32,000 bases of DNA from Vibrio alginolyticus NBRC 15630 = ATCC 17749 (GTDB lineage Bacteria > Pseudomonadota > Gammaproteobacteria > Enterobacterales > Vibrionaceae): contig NC_022359.1 in NCBI RefSeq assembly GCF_000354175.2, positions 1,770,001-1,802,000 of the forward strand, read 5' to 3'. Position 1 is the stretch's first letter, and the number at the start of each line of letters is the position of its first letter. Under the pieces are notes generated by a model. It saw only the letters and a list, made by a program, of their open reading frames with translations. It searched no databases and had not been told where the DNA came from. Shown here in pieces: positions 9,856-17,754 of the stretch. The position numbers and the translations under genes were made by a program.

Positions 9856-10300
9856 AATTTGCCTCCTGTATGACAGGGACAACAGCCGTAGCTATGATTT
9901 GAAATGGCAACAAAACGCGTGCACAAACGCATTAAGCTCTATGTAAAGCTCGACGATATACGTCAAATCAAAAAGTCGTCTTGTTGCAAAGAAATATCGG
10001 AAAGTGAGCTACGCCTACTAACCCTGCAGATCCAAAAAATAAGTAAAAATATGGATGACAGGTTTAGTTCTTCATGTTGGCGTAATCTCCTAGAGAAATG
10101 ATGCACAGAGTGTAGCCGCTTTTTTGTTCAAAAAGCAAGCTTTCTAACCAAATGTGAACAAAAAGAAAGTTTCACAGTAAGTTGTTATATCACATTAACT
10201 TTTTAACAAGTCTTTGAACAATTTCGAGATCTTAGCAACACAATTTTTATCCAAGCCATACTATGCTTAGGGTAAAGATAATCCACATAAGGGCGTGGTT

Positions 10301-10726
10301 ATGAAATACAAACATATCCTTGTTGCACTCGAACTGTCAGATGAAAGCACCGTGCTTATCGACAGAGCGGTATCAATGGCAAACTATCTCGACTCCGATA
10401 TCTCCTTTATTCATATTGATGGTACGCACGGAGAAATCTATCGTGAGCTTGTAGACATTAAAGAAAACCCGGATCAAAGGCCGTTGAATGAGCATTCAAT
10501 GGAATGTTTAAAAACATTTAGTGATTACATGGATTACCCACTTAAACATTTCTTCGTAGGTACTGGCGACTTAGCTGATAAATTAGAGGTCACCATTAAA
10601 GAGCAAGAAGTGGATCTTCTGATTTGTGGCCACCACCAAGATTTCTGGAGCAAGATTATTTCTTACTCCAGACACTTAATTAACAAGTCACCGGTGGATA
10701 TTCTAGTCGTCCCTATTCATGATTAG
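10301..10726 (+). CDS. Universal stress protein (UspA family)
   Basis: Usp-fold hallmarks are present (KHILVALELSDES..., DLLICGHHQDFWSK...). The ATG at 10301 is preferred over the GTG at 10295. A strong terminator follows at 10745-10776. Confidence 0.88.
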   Translation: MKYKHILVALELSDESTVLIDRAVSMANYLDSDISFIHIDGTHGEIYRELVDIKENPDQRPLNEHSMECLKTFSDYMDYPLKHFFVGTGDLADKLEVTIKEQEVDLLICGHHQDFWSKIISYSRHLINKSPVDILVVPIHD

Positions 10727-10744
10727 TAAAACGTAACACTTCCC

Positions 10745-10776
10745 AAAACCACCAATTTATTTGGTGGTTTTTTATT
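10745..10776 (+). terminator. Rho-independent terminator after usp
   Basis: 11-bp stem AAAACCACCAA (10745-10755) / TTGGTGGTTTT (10761-10771) with loop TTTAT, followed by a T-run. Confidence 0.88.
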
Positions 10777-10892
10777 GATATTGAAACAGCTTAAACAGTT
10801 TTCCAAACTAGCTTGGCGATCATTTATGAGTTACATTTTCTAACCAACCCGCGCTCCTACTGGGCATGGTTATTTAGATAGCAAGGATCCCT

Positions 10893-11510
10893 ATGGCAAA
10901 TAAAAAAGTACTCATTCTCTTTGCTCATCCTTCCCAGCATCGTTCAGAAGTGAATACTCCACTTTTCAAAGAAGCTCAAAAAATTGAAGGCGTGACATGT
11001 GTTGATCTCTATGGCGAATACCCTCGTTTCGATATTAATATCGACCGTGAGCAGCAACGCTTACGTGAGCATGACGTGGTGATTTTCCAATTCCCACTAT
11101 ATTGGTATTCAACGCCTGCGATTTTAAAAGAGTGGCAAGATCTGGTTTTGGAATATGGCTTTGCTTACGGTACAGATGGCACAGCACTGCAAGGCAAGAC
11201 CATGCTTTGTGTGCTGTCTGCAGGGGGCAAAGAAGAAGCTTATAAGGCAGAGGGCTACAACCACTTTACGATTCGTCAACTGCTTGCGCCTATTGAACAA
11301 ATGTCCGCACTGACCGGCATGAACTACATTGCCCCTCTCGCGATGTTTGGCGCACGTACAGCAGATGAAGAAGGGCGAATCCCTCGTCATGTTGAGCGGT
11401 ACAAGAGCCTGCTAACAGCTTTAGTCGAAGATAGGTTGGATGTTGAAGCTGCGGCGTCATTAATCAAGCTTAACAGCGCATTGCCAGAGCTCATTAAGGA
11501 GGCTTCATGA
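10893..11510 (+). CDS. kefG: Glutathione-regulated K+ efflux ancillary protein (KefG/KefF-type flavodoxin-like quinone oxidoreductase)
   Basis: 205 aa. VLILFAHPSQHRS...FQFPLYWYSTPAILKEW aligns by eye with E. coli KefG as I remember it. Its stop overlaps the next gene's start (ATGA), and an AGGAGG inside its 3' end serves that gene. Confidence 0.85.
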   Translation: MANKKVLILFAHPSQHRSEVNTPLFKEAQKIEGVTCVDLYGEYPRFDINIDREQQRLREHDVVIFQFPLYWYSTPAILKEWQDLVLEYGFAYGTDGTALQGKTMLCVLSAGGKEEAYKAEGYNHFTIRQLLAPIEQMSALTGMNYIAPLAMFGARTADEEGRIPRHVERYKSLLTALVEDRLDVEAAASLIKLNSALPELIKEAS

Positions 11511-13471
11511 CAGGGATATTCTTACAAGCCTTCGTATATTTGATTGCTGCTGTAATTGCAGTCCCACTTGCTAAGCGTTTGGGACTTGGGTCCGTTTTAG
11601 GCTATCTCATCGCAGGTGTGGTCATTGGCCCAATTATCGGTTTAGTCGGTGAAGAAACAACAACAATACAGCACTTTGCCGAGTTTGGCGTGGTGATGAT
11701 GCTGTTTCTCGTCGGTTTAGAGCTCGAACCCAAAATGTTGTGGGCGATGCGCAATCGCTTAATGGGTTTAGGAGGTCTGCAAGTCGGTGGTACCGTCGCG
11801 GCGATTATGGGTATTGCCTTGTACTTTGACCAGCCTTGGACCATAGCCTTAGCCATAGGTTTGATCTTCGCCCTCTCTTCTACTGCGATTGTTTTGCAAA
11901 CTTTTAGCGAAAAAGGATTAACGAAGACGGAAGGTGGACAAAACGCTTTCTCCGTGTTGCTTTTTCAAGATATTGCAGTGATACCAATGTTGGCGTTCAT
12001 TCCTCTATTGGCCTTACCTGAATTAATTGAACAGGCACAGTCCGCGGCTCAAACAGCCGCAGCGCACCATGAAGAATTAAGCCTCGTTGCGGGGTTGCCC
12101 GGCTGGGCATACGGCATCGTAATCACAGCATCGATTGCAATCGTCGTCGTTGGTGGACACTTTTTAAGTCGACCTCTGCTCAATTATGTGGCTAGCTCTG
12201 GTTTGCGAGAAATCTTTACCGCAACTGCACTAATGCTGGTCATTGGTATCGCTGCGCTGATGAGCTTAGTGGGCTTATCTCCTGCCTTAGGAACCTTCTT
12301 GGCTGGCGTTGTATTGGCGAACAGTGAATTCCGCCACGAGTTAGAATCCAACATCGAACCATTTAAAGGCTTATTGTTAGGTCTGTTCTTTATTACCGTT
12401 GGCGCAGGGATCAACTTCTCGGTCCTTTTTGGTGATTTCTGGTTGGTCATGGCATTGACCATTGGCGTGATGGTTTTGAAAGCCTTGGTGCTGTTTATTC
12501 TTGCACTGATATTTAGGGTGAAAGGCAGCAACCGCTGGCTGTTTACCCTAAGCTTGGCTCAAGCAGGTGAATTCGGCTTTGTGCTTCTAAGCTTTTCAGT
12601 GCAAAACCACGTCATCCCATTTGAACTTTCACAAACTCTTGCGTTAGTGGTTGCGATTTCGATGTTCCTGACACCAGGTTTGTTTATTCTGTTTGATAGA
12701 GTGATTCTGCCGCGCTTTGAAAGCCAGTCAAATGAACGCGAAAGCGATACGATTGAGGAAACAGGCACGGTGATCATCGCCGGCATCGGCCGCTTTGGAC
12801 AAATAGTGAATCGCCTATTGGTATCAAACGGCGTGACTACCGTGGTACTTGACCATCAATCTGACCAAGTCGATAACATGCGCCAGATTGGCACTCGCGC
12901 CTATTTTGGCGACGCGACTCGACCAGATATGCTACATACAGCCGGCATTGAGCACGCCGCTGCGTTGGTTGTGGCGATTGATAACCAAGAATCGAGTGTA
13001 GAACTGGTGAAGTACGTTAAGCACACGTACCCAAAAGTAACAGTGATTGCACGTGCCTTTGACCGTGGACATGGCTATCTTTTGCGTCAAGCGGGAGCTG
13101 ATATTATTGAATCAGAGACCTACCATTCTGCATTGGAGATGGGCGGTCACACAATGAAAGCACTTGGCATTCACCCCTTCTTTGTTGAACAACAGAAGGC
13201 GACATATAAGCGTGTTGAAGCACGTAAGTCAGAAATACTCTACAAAGCTTGGGAAGATGATTCTGAAGGTGAACGCTATGACAACAATTTCCGACAACTG
13301 TTTATTCAGTTAGAGGAGAAAATGGCGGAAGAGATGCAAAAAGATCGTCATGACAAACTATCGCGGTCAGAACGAGGTTGGACACCGCCACCTAAAGGTT
13401 ACGCCGATGACTTTAATGAAGATAATGTCCAAGAGCTAACACCACCAAGAGAAGAGCCTATCCAACGATAA
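11507..13471 (+). CDS. kefB: Glutathione-regulated K+/H+ antiporter (KefB/KefC, CPA2 family) with C-terminal RCK/KTN domain
   Basis: 654 aa with an N-terminal Na+/H+-exchanger-type multi-TM domain. It has a Rossmann motif VIIAGIGRFGQIV. It is translationally coupled to kefG and is followed by a terminator. Confidence 0.9.
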   Translation: MTGIFLQAFVYLIAAVIAVPLAKRLGLGSVLGYLIAGVVIGPIIGLVGEETTTIQHFAEFGVVMMLFLVGLELEPKMLWAMRNRLMGLGGLQVGGTVAAIMGIALYFDQPWTIALAIGLIFALSSTAIVLQTFSEKGLTKTEGGQNAFSVLLFQDIAVIPMLAFIPLLALPELIEQAQSAAQTAAAHHEELSLVAGLPGWAYGIVITASIAIVVVGGHFLSRPLLNYVASSGLREIFTATALMLVIGIAALMSLVGLSPALGTFLAGVVLANSEFRHELESNIEPFKGLLLGLFFITVGAGINFSVLFGDFWLVMALTIGVMVLKALVLFILALIFRVKGSNRWLFTLSLAQAGEFGFVLLSFSVQNHVIPFELSQTLALVVAISMFLTPGLFILFDRVILPRFESQSNERESDTIEETGTVIIAGIGRFGQIVNRLLVSNGVTTVVLDHQSDQVDNMRQIGTRAYFGDATRPDMLHTAGIEHAAALVVAIDNQESSVELVKYVKHTYPKVTVIARAFDRGHGYLLRQAGADIIESETYHSALEMGGHTMKALGIHPFFVEQQKATYKRVEARKSEILYKAWEDDSEGERYDNNFRQLFIQLEEKMAEEMQKDRHDKLSRSERGWTPPPKGYADDFNEDNVQELTPPREEPIQR

Positions 13472-13485
13472 CGCACTCCATATTA

Positions 13486-13517
13486 AAAACCTCCCACTTG
13501 GGAGGTTTTTATTTTTT
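13486..13517. terminator. Bidirectional terminator between kefB and the small-ORF pair
   Basis: Stem AAAACCTCCC (13486-13495) / GGGAGGTTTT (13500-13509) with loop ACTT. An A-run lies upstream and a long T-run downstream. Confidence 0.88.
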
Positions 13518-13563
13518 CAGTACAGAGCCACACGCCGTGCAGGATAAAATGATCTTCTCGATA

Positions 13564-13857
13564 TTACATAAGATCATTCATTAAAATCTCATACTCTTCG
13601 TTTGCTTCTTCCACTAAATGAGAAAGCTCTAACGCATCAGTAACTGCAAGATTGAACTGCCACGGAGTTGTGTCTTCTTTACCACAGATTCGAGTTTCAC
13701 ACCCACGACTCTCAAAAGACAAATCATCAAACTCTGTGGTGTGGCGCTCTTGAAGTTCAACAATCTCAACTTCTAATTTACCGACAGGATTGACTTTAAC
13801 GTGGGCATGTAACTCCGAACTGTTAGACAAACAATAATCTCTATGAACCGCAATCAT
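13564..13857 (-). CDS. Hypothetical acidic 97-aa protein
   Basis: AGGAGG (13863-13868) lies 5 nt before the ATG at 13857. The frame ends about 46 nt before the bidirectional terminator at 13486-13517. I recognise no family. Confidence 0.5.
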   Translation of the reverse strand: MIAVHRDYCLSNSSELHAHVKVNPVGKLEVEIVELQERHTTEFDDLSFESRGCETRICGKEDTTPWQFNLAVTDALELSHLVEEANEEYEILMNDLM

Positions 13858-14041
13858 GGCCGCCTCCTTGGTCTGCCAACTGACAACTCAACATTGAGTG
13901 TAGACGAGGGATTTTGAACGTGGCGTGAAATAATAATGAAGATTGATCTGTCTCATTAGAACAGACAATTGTTGTCATGAAGGCAGAGCCAGTATGAATC
14001 TCATCTGATTTAAATTGTTCTGAGATCGTAATAGTTGGCAT
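13841..14041 (-). CDS. Hypothetical 66-aa protein (coding status uncertain)
   Basis: ATG at 14041 with only a weak SD. It overlaps the next ORF by 17 nt in another frame. It is divergent from the ArsR-family gene across 60 bp. I recognise no family. Confidence 0.3.
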   Translation of the reverse strand: MPTITISEQFKSDEIHTGSAFMTTIVCSNETDQSSLLFHATFKIPRLHSMLSCQLADQGGGHDCGS

Positions 14042-14101
14042 TTACCGAGACTTTCCCTATTATCGAAACAAAATTACTGTGGTCATTCTTTAGAGGTCAG
14101 T

Positions 14102-14395
14102 ATGGAGCTTGAAGCCGTTGCTAAAGCACTAAAAGAGTTAGGGCATCCGACTCGTTTAAGTATTTACAAAGAAGTCGTCAAAGCGGGATACAAAGGTATC
14201 GCGGTAGGCGGCGTACAAGAAAAGCTTGGCATTCCAGCATCCACTCTCTCTCATCATATCTCGAGCCTTGCTTCAGCTGGTCTTCTCACCCAGCGCCGCG
14301 AGGGTAGAACCCTTTTTTGTGTTGCAGAGTATCAGTGCTTAGATGACGTAATTGGTTTTTTAAAAGCAGAATGTTGCGTTAACGAGTGCTCATAA
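14102..14395 (+). CDS. ArsR/SmtB-family winged-helix transcriptional regulator with a C-terminal Cys cluster
   Basis: 97 aa with the HTH core HPTRLSIYKEV...GIPASTLSHHISSLASAGLLTQRREGRTLF. An AGAGG SD lies 5 nt upstream. It has no Cys in the helix-3 ELCVCDL position, but carries C73, C79, C91, C92 and C96. Confidence 0.9.
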   Translation: MELEAVAKALKELGHPTRLSIYKEVVKAGYKGIAVGGVQEKLGIPASTLSHHISSLASAGLLTQRREGRTLFCVAEYQCLDDVIGFLKAECCVNECS

Positions 14396-14456
14396 ATTTC
14401 TAGCAAAAACGAGAGAGTTTGAGTTTCTATTGAACTTCAGCAGAACGTGAATGACG

Positions 14457-14497
14457 ATGAAAAACATACACACCGAAGTTGCTAAGCTCGGTGTGTA
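14457..14497 (-). terminator. Terminator after the alpha-amylase gene
   Basis: 10-bp stem 14467-14476 / 14488-14497 (TACACACCGA / TCGGTGTGTA) with an 11-nt loop. On the minus strand it is followed by ATGTTTTTC. Confidence 0.7.
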
Positions 14498-14503
14498 CAT
14501 CTT

Positions 14504-15853
14504 CTAGTTCGCGACAAGTAACATCGACGACTTAGATGGTACGATTAACTTACCGTCAGTTGGAATGATTTGTTCTGTCATCAAATCAACCCAATTGCCA
14601 TCCGTTTTTAATGTCAAAGACTGTTGACGCTGTGATTTATTAAGCACCACAATACCTTTGTCACCTCGCTTAAGTACGAGCATGCCATCGTTACCTTCAA
14701 GAACACTCATCGGCTCGCCATGCGTCATATTATGGAACTGGATCATTTTTGCCATTCTCGGATCGCTCCATGCACCTTGCCACCTTGGCTGACCATTTTT
14801 ACCTTTAATACCGCTGGTGTTTAAGTCGGTATAAATCAACGGCACACCGCCATCTCGGCCTAGAATATAGGCATAAGCTAACCATTCGTTTTCCTCGTCC
14901 ATGATGAGATCAAGAAAGACATCATTGTTAGGAATATCATGTGTGATAGCAAATGTAATCGCACGACCGGGGGACAAAGCCTGACCAAAACAATAGGGAT
15001 CAATCAGAGACTTGAAGCTGCCCTTTTTAGCAAACGCCTTAAACATGGTTGAGAACAAAGGGAAATCGTACGCACCTAGGCGAGTTTCCTGTAGATACGG
15101 CTCAAGAAACAGCTGATACTCTTCTTCCGTCGCACCGCCATCGGTAATAATTTCACCAAATATATGCACATCCCGCGTGATGTCGTCTGTCCAAACACGC
15201 TTAAGATGCTCTAACGTCATGTGTTTCGCAGCGTCAATACGAAAACCTTTCACACCAATAGCTTTCAGCGCCTTTAGGTACGCTCGCTGCTGCTCAACGA
15301 CATGGTCACAAACACGAAGAGTTGGCAAGCCAGGATCGGTTGGCCCACCTGTGATACGTCCGTTTTGAACCTGCCACTTATCTTTCCAGTCTTTGATGCC
15401 GAATGCTTCAACAAAGTCCTCTTCATCAAAAAGTGGTTGAGATAGATCGCCAAACAACGCTAGCGACTGATATTTCTGTTTGTTGTTCTGGTATTCCTCC
15501 AAGACCTCTTGTCTTGGGTACTGAAGGTCTCTGCGAAGGTGGGCCTCATTTGCCATATGGTTAAACACTACGTCGGCATAAACCCACACACCAACTTGCT
15601 CCAGTTCACGAACCATATGAATAAAATCTTTGGTATCACCCAAAGCATTATCGATAACACGATAATCTTGTGGTTGATAACGCTGCCACCAGCGCTCATC
15701 GTGTGCGCTTTTCATTGGTGGCGAAACCAACACAGAGCCATAACCAAGCTCGCGGATTTCTTTTGCTCGTTGGGCAATGTCAGCATACTTCCAATCAAAC
15801 GCATGTAAGATAACGTTTGCACCGAATGATTGTGTTTCCTGTGAGCCACTCAT
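14504..15853 (-). CDS. Cytoplasmic alpha-amylase (GH13)
   Basis: GH13 conserved regions are present: DVVFNHM, GFRIDAAKHM, FGEIIT, FAITHD. It has no signal peptide. The start was moved to the ATG at 15853 (AGGAG at 15860-15864, 6 nt upstream) from the ORF-track start at 15916. Confidence 0.93.
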   Translation of the reverse strand: MSGSQETQSFGANVILHAFDWKYADIAQRAKEIRELGYGSVLVSPPMKSAHDERWWQRYQPQDYRVIDNALGDTKDFIHMVRELEQVGVWVYADVVFNHMANEAHLRRDLQYPRQEVLEEYQNNKQKYQSLALFGDLSQPLFDEEDFVEAFGIKDWKDKWQVQNGRITGGPTDPGLPTLRVCDHVVEQQRAYLKALKAIGVKGFRIDAAKHMTLEHLKRVWTDDITRDVHIFGEIITDGGATEEEYQLFLEPYLQETRLGAYDFPLFSTMFKAFAKKGSFKSLIDPYCFGQALSPGRAITFAITHDIPNNDVFLDLIMDEENEWLAYAYILGRDGGVPLIYTDLNTSGIKGKNGQPRWQGAWSDPRMAKMIQFHNMTHGEPMSVLEGNDGMLVLKRGDKGIVVLNKSQRQQSLTLKTDGNWVDLMTEQIIPTDGKLIVPSKSSMLLVAN

Positions 15854-16373
15854 GTTGTTCTCCTGCTCGTTTCCACTCACGATTACTTGTTTGCATTTTT
15901 TTGTGAGTGAATTCAATAATCGAAATTATAAAAGCTATTCATCAGAGGCACTCACCCTTTTAGCACTAACTCAAGGCTGAAATCGAAGGCGTAGCGACTC
16001 ATCCATTGCACAGCGATAAATCGTTCTGAGTGAATAACGGGCACACGACATACAACCCGAACAGACCAACATAAAACTAAGGCATTGTTTTGATTAACAA
16101 AAACTTAAATTTAAAAAGATAGAACATAAGACCTATGTACGCCCTAAAATAGGCCCAAAGGATAAAAATAGCCAAGCCAACCCGTTGAGTAATCAATTGT
16201 TAATAAAACGAAACTGGCAGATGGATCACGTTTGGCGCGTTTCAAAAATCCAGTAAATCACCATACCTAGCGTTAAAAGACTAAAGATTTCTGTTTGTAT
16301 CTGTCCCGAAATGACTTCAAAATGCGAAACTTAGCTTATCTCTATGGGGTATGCTCTACCTTGGAGGATAATA

Positions 16374-16730
16374 ATGAATATCAAAGAATTTTCTGACCTC
16401 GTCGGGCTATCTGCTCATACACTTCGATACTATGAAAAAATCGGTTTACTTAAACATGTCCATAGAAACGCGAGTGGACATCGAATGTATAGTTCGAAAG
16501 ATCTAAACTGGATAAGCTTTGTTAAGCGTTTAAAAGAAACTGCAATGCCACTTGAAGAGATTCTAGAGTATGCCAAATTAAGGGAAGTCGGCTCTCAATC
16601 TGTACCACAACGTCAAGCCCTGTTAGAACAACACCAAGAAAACCTCAAACGCCACATTGAGCAACAGAAAAAGCACTTATCGGCTCTAGAAGAAAAAATT
16701 GCCTTGTATACAAGTGGAAAAGTTCGTTGA
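16374..16730 (+). CDS. MerR-family transcriptional regulator (minimal, 118 aa, no cysteines)
   Basis: It has the N-terminal MerR HTH MNIKEFSDLVGLSAHTLRYYEKIGLL followed by a long dimerisation helix. A GGAGG SD lies before the ATG at 16374. The ORF-track start at 16344 adds 10 unsupported residues. Confidence 0.9.
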   Translation: MNIKEFSDLVGLSAHTLRYYEKIGLLKHVHRNASGHRMYSSKDLNWISFVKRLKETAMPLEEILEYAKLREVGSQSVPQRQALLEQHQENLKRHIEQQKKHLSALEEKIALYTSGKVR

Positions 16731-16757
16731 CTTAGAGTTAACTCTAACGATTAAGGT
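16727..16757 (+). promoter_or_regulatory. MerR-type promoter: -35 TTGACT, 19-bp spacer carrying a perfect 16-bp palindrome, -10 TAAGGT
   Basis: TTGACT lies at 16727-16732 and overlaps the merR stop TGA at 16728-16730. The spacer is 16733-16751 (19 bp). TAAGGT lies at 16752-16757. The palindrome TTAGAGTTAACTCTAA lies at 16732-16747. The downstream SD (16776) and ATG (16789) fit a TSS near 16764. Confidence 0.75.
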
Positions 16758-16788
16758 GTGTTTACATTTATTCACTAGGAACATACCG

Positions 16789-17166
16789 ATGGAACAATCG
16801 CGCTTTAACAAAGGATTAGAACTACTCTCTCAAATTGATGGCGACGCTGGTCATAATGTCATCGAAAGCTTACAAGATATTTGTCCAGATTTAGCTCAGT
16901 ACACCATTGAGTATCCGTTTGGCGATATTTATGCTCGCCCGGGCTTAGACCTAAAATCGAGAGAAATCGCAACCGTCGCCGCGCTAACGGCAATGGGGAA
17001 TTGCGCGCCGCAACTAAAAGTGCACTTAAATGCAGCGCTGAATGTAGGCTGTAGCGAGGATGAGATTAAAGAGATCATTTTGCAGATGTCCGTCTACGCA
17101 GGGTTTCCCACGGCATTAAACGGCATGTTTGCATTCAAAGAAGTGCTAGCGGAAAGAGCAGAGTAA
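16789..17166 (+). CDS. Carboxymuconolactone decarboxylase (CMD/AhpD-like) family protein
   Basis: 125 aa with the CMD-family core ...REIATVAALTAMGNCAPQLKVHLNAALNVGCSEDEIKEIILQMSVYAGFP. An AGGAA SD lies 7 nt before the ATG at 16789. The ORF-track N-terminal extension overlaps merR and the promoter. Confidence 0.88.
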   Translation: MEQSRFNKGLELLSQIDGDAGHNVIESLQDICPDLAQYTIEYPFGDIYARPGLDLKSREIATVAALTAMGNCAPQLKVHLNAALNVGCSEDEIKEIILQMSVYAGFPTALNGMFAFKEVLAERAE

Positions 17167-17193
17167 TAACAACGTTGAAATCAATTTAACCGC

Positions 17194-17224
17194 AATTAAA
17201 AACGGCCCTTGGGGATCGGGCCGT
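17194..17224 (-). terminator. Terminator hairpin between the CMD gene and the 76-aa ORF
   Basis: Stem ACGGCCC (17202-17208) / GGGCCGT (17218-17224) with a 9-nt loop. A T-run lies on the minus strand only. Confidence 0.65.
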
Positions 17225-17243
17225 GATTAAAACAACGAGTGAA

Positions 17244-17474
17244 TTAGCGCTCAGGAGTTTCAAGCAGTTTAACTGCGCAATCTACCGCGTTGTTAATGCC
17301 TTGACTGCTCTCCAACTTACCTGAACTTGCAGGACCAAGGGCACAAGAATACAAAGCCAGCTGCTTATCGAACGGCAGATCCAACTGTTCATAGAGATTT
17401 TGTCGGATTCTTGCATGTTGTTCTGGTTCTTGGTTAGCAAGGCTAATCAACGTTTCATAAATAAGCGTTTTCAT
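17244..17474 (-). CDS. Hypothetical 76-aa protein
   Basis: An AAGGGA SD lies about 6 nt before the ATG. The gene is followed on its own strand by the hairpin terminator at 17202-17224. I cannot name a family with confidence. Confidence 0.55.
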   Translation of the reverse strand: MKTLIYETLISLANQEPEQHARIRQNLYEQLDLPFDKQLALYSCALGPASSGKLESSQGINNAVDCAVKLLETPER

Positions 17475-17696
17475 GTCTTTCCCTTTTCACTTTATTGCAC
17501 GGGGTGCATATATATTGTATCCATTTGGGAAGCACAAATCAGAAGCTAGGTCACAGAACGCGTCGCTAAAAAAGTTTATGTACGCGGTAAATTGCAATAC
17601 AAACCTAAAGCCGTTTAGAAAAAGGGCAACTGATAACTCGATAAACCAGCCGATTAACTAGCATTCGCCGCTGTTTGTTCATAATCGTGTCCGATA

Positions 17697-17730
17697 TAAA
17701 CAAAAACGCCGCTGTATCAGCGACGTTTTA
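17697..17730 (-). terminator. Terminator after the collagenase gene
   Basis: Stem 17706-17714 / 17718-17726 (9 bp, one mismatch) with loop TAT. On the minus strand it is followed by TTTTTGTTT. Confidence 0.7.
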
Positions 17731-17754
17731 TCTCGACTTTAGTTAATCGAATTT

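Noticed and set aside
9882-9882. ORF-track alternative starts: TTG 9882, GTG 10295, ATG 15916, ATG 16344, 16699, TTG 25274, GTG 30009, GTG 31491.
   Set aside because: In each case a downstream ATG has a markedly better Shine-Dalgarno sequence and spacing. It also removes an N-terminal extension that is atypical for the family, so the shorter models were reported.
9904-10101. 65-aa plus-strand ORF (MATKRVHKRIKLYV...) in the ABC-F / usp spacer.
   Set aside because: No SD precedes the ATG and no promoter or terminator logic supports it. It is lysine-rich and looks like AT-rich non-coding sequence. The region is better read as the leader and promoter of the ABC-F gene.
15998-16004. MalT-box-like GGATGAG (minus strand) about 145 nt upstream of the amylase ATG.
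   Set aside because: It is a single partial match to a degenerate motif. MalT promoters need several correctly spaced boxes, and I found no others.
17202-17224. The same stem sequence AACGGCCC/GGGCCGT occurs in two hairpins (17202-17224 and 27444-27466). Could this be a dispersed REP-like repeat?
   Set aside because: Only the 7-8-bp GC core is shared. The loops and flanks differ, and both sit exactly where gene-end terminators are expected. Convergent terminator design explains this better than a repeat family.
17473-17661. 62-aa plus-strand ORF between the 76-aa gene and the collagenase terminator.
   Set aside because: It has no SD, starts on the complement of the neighbouring gene's start codon, has an implausible composition, and runs toward a convergent terminator.
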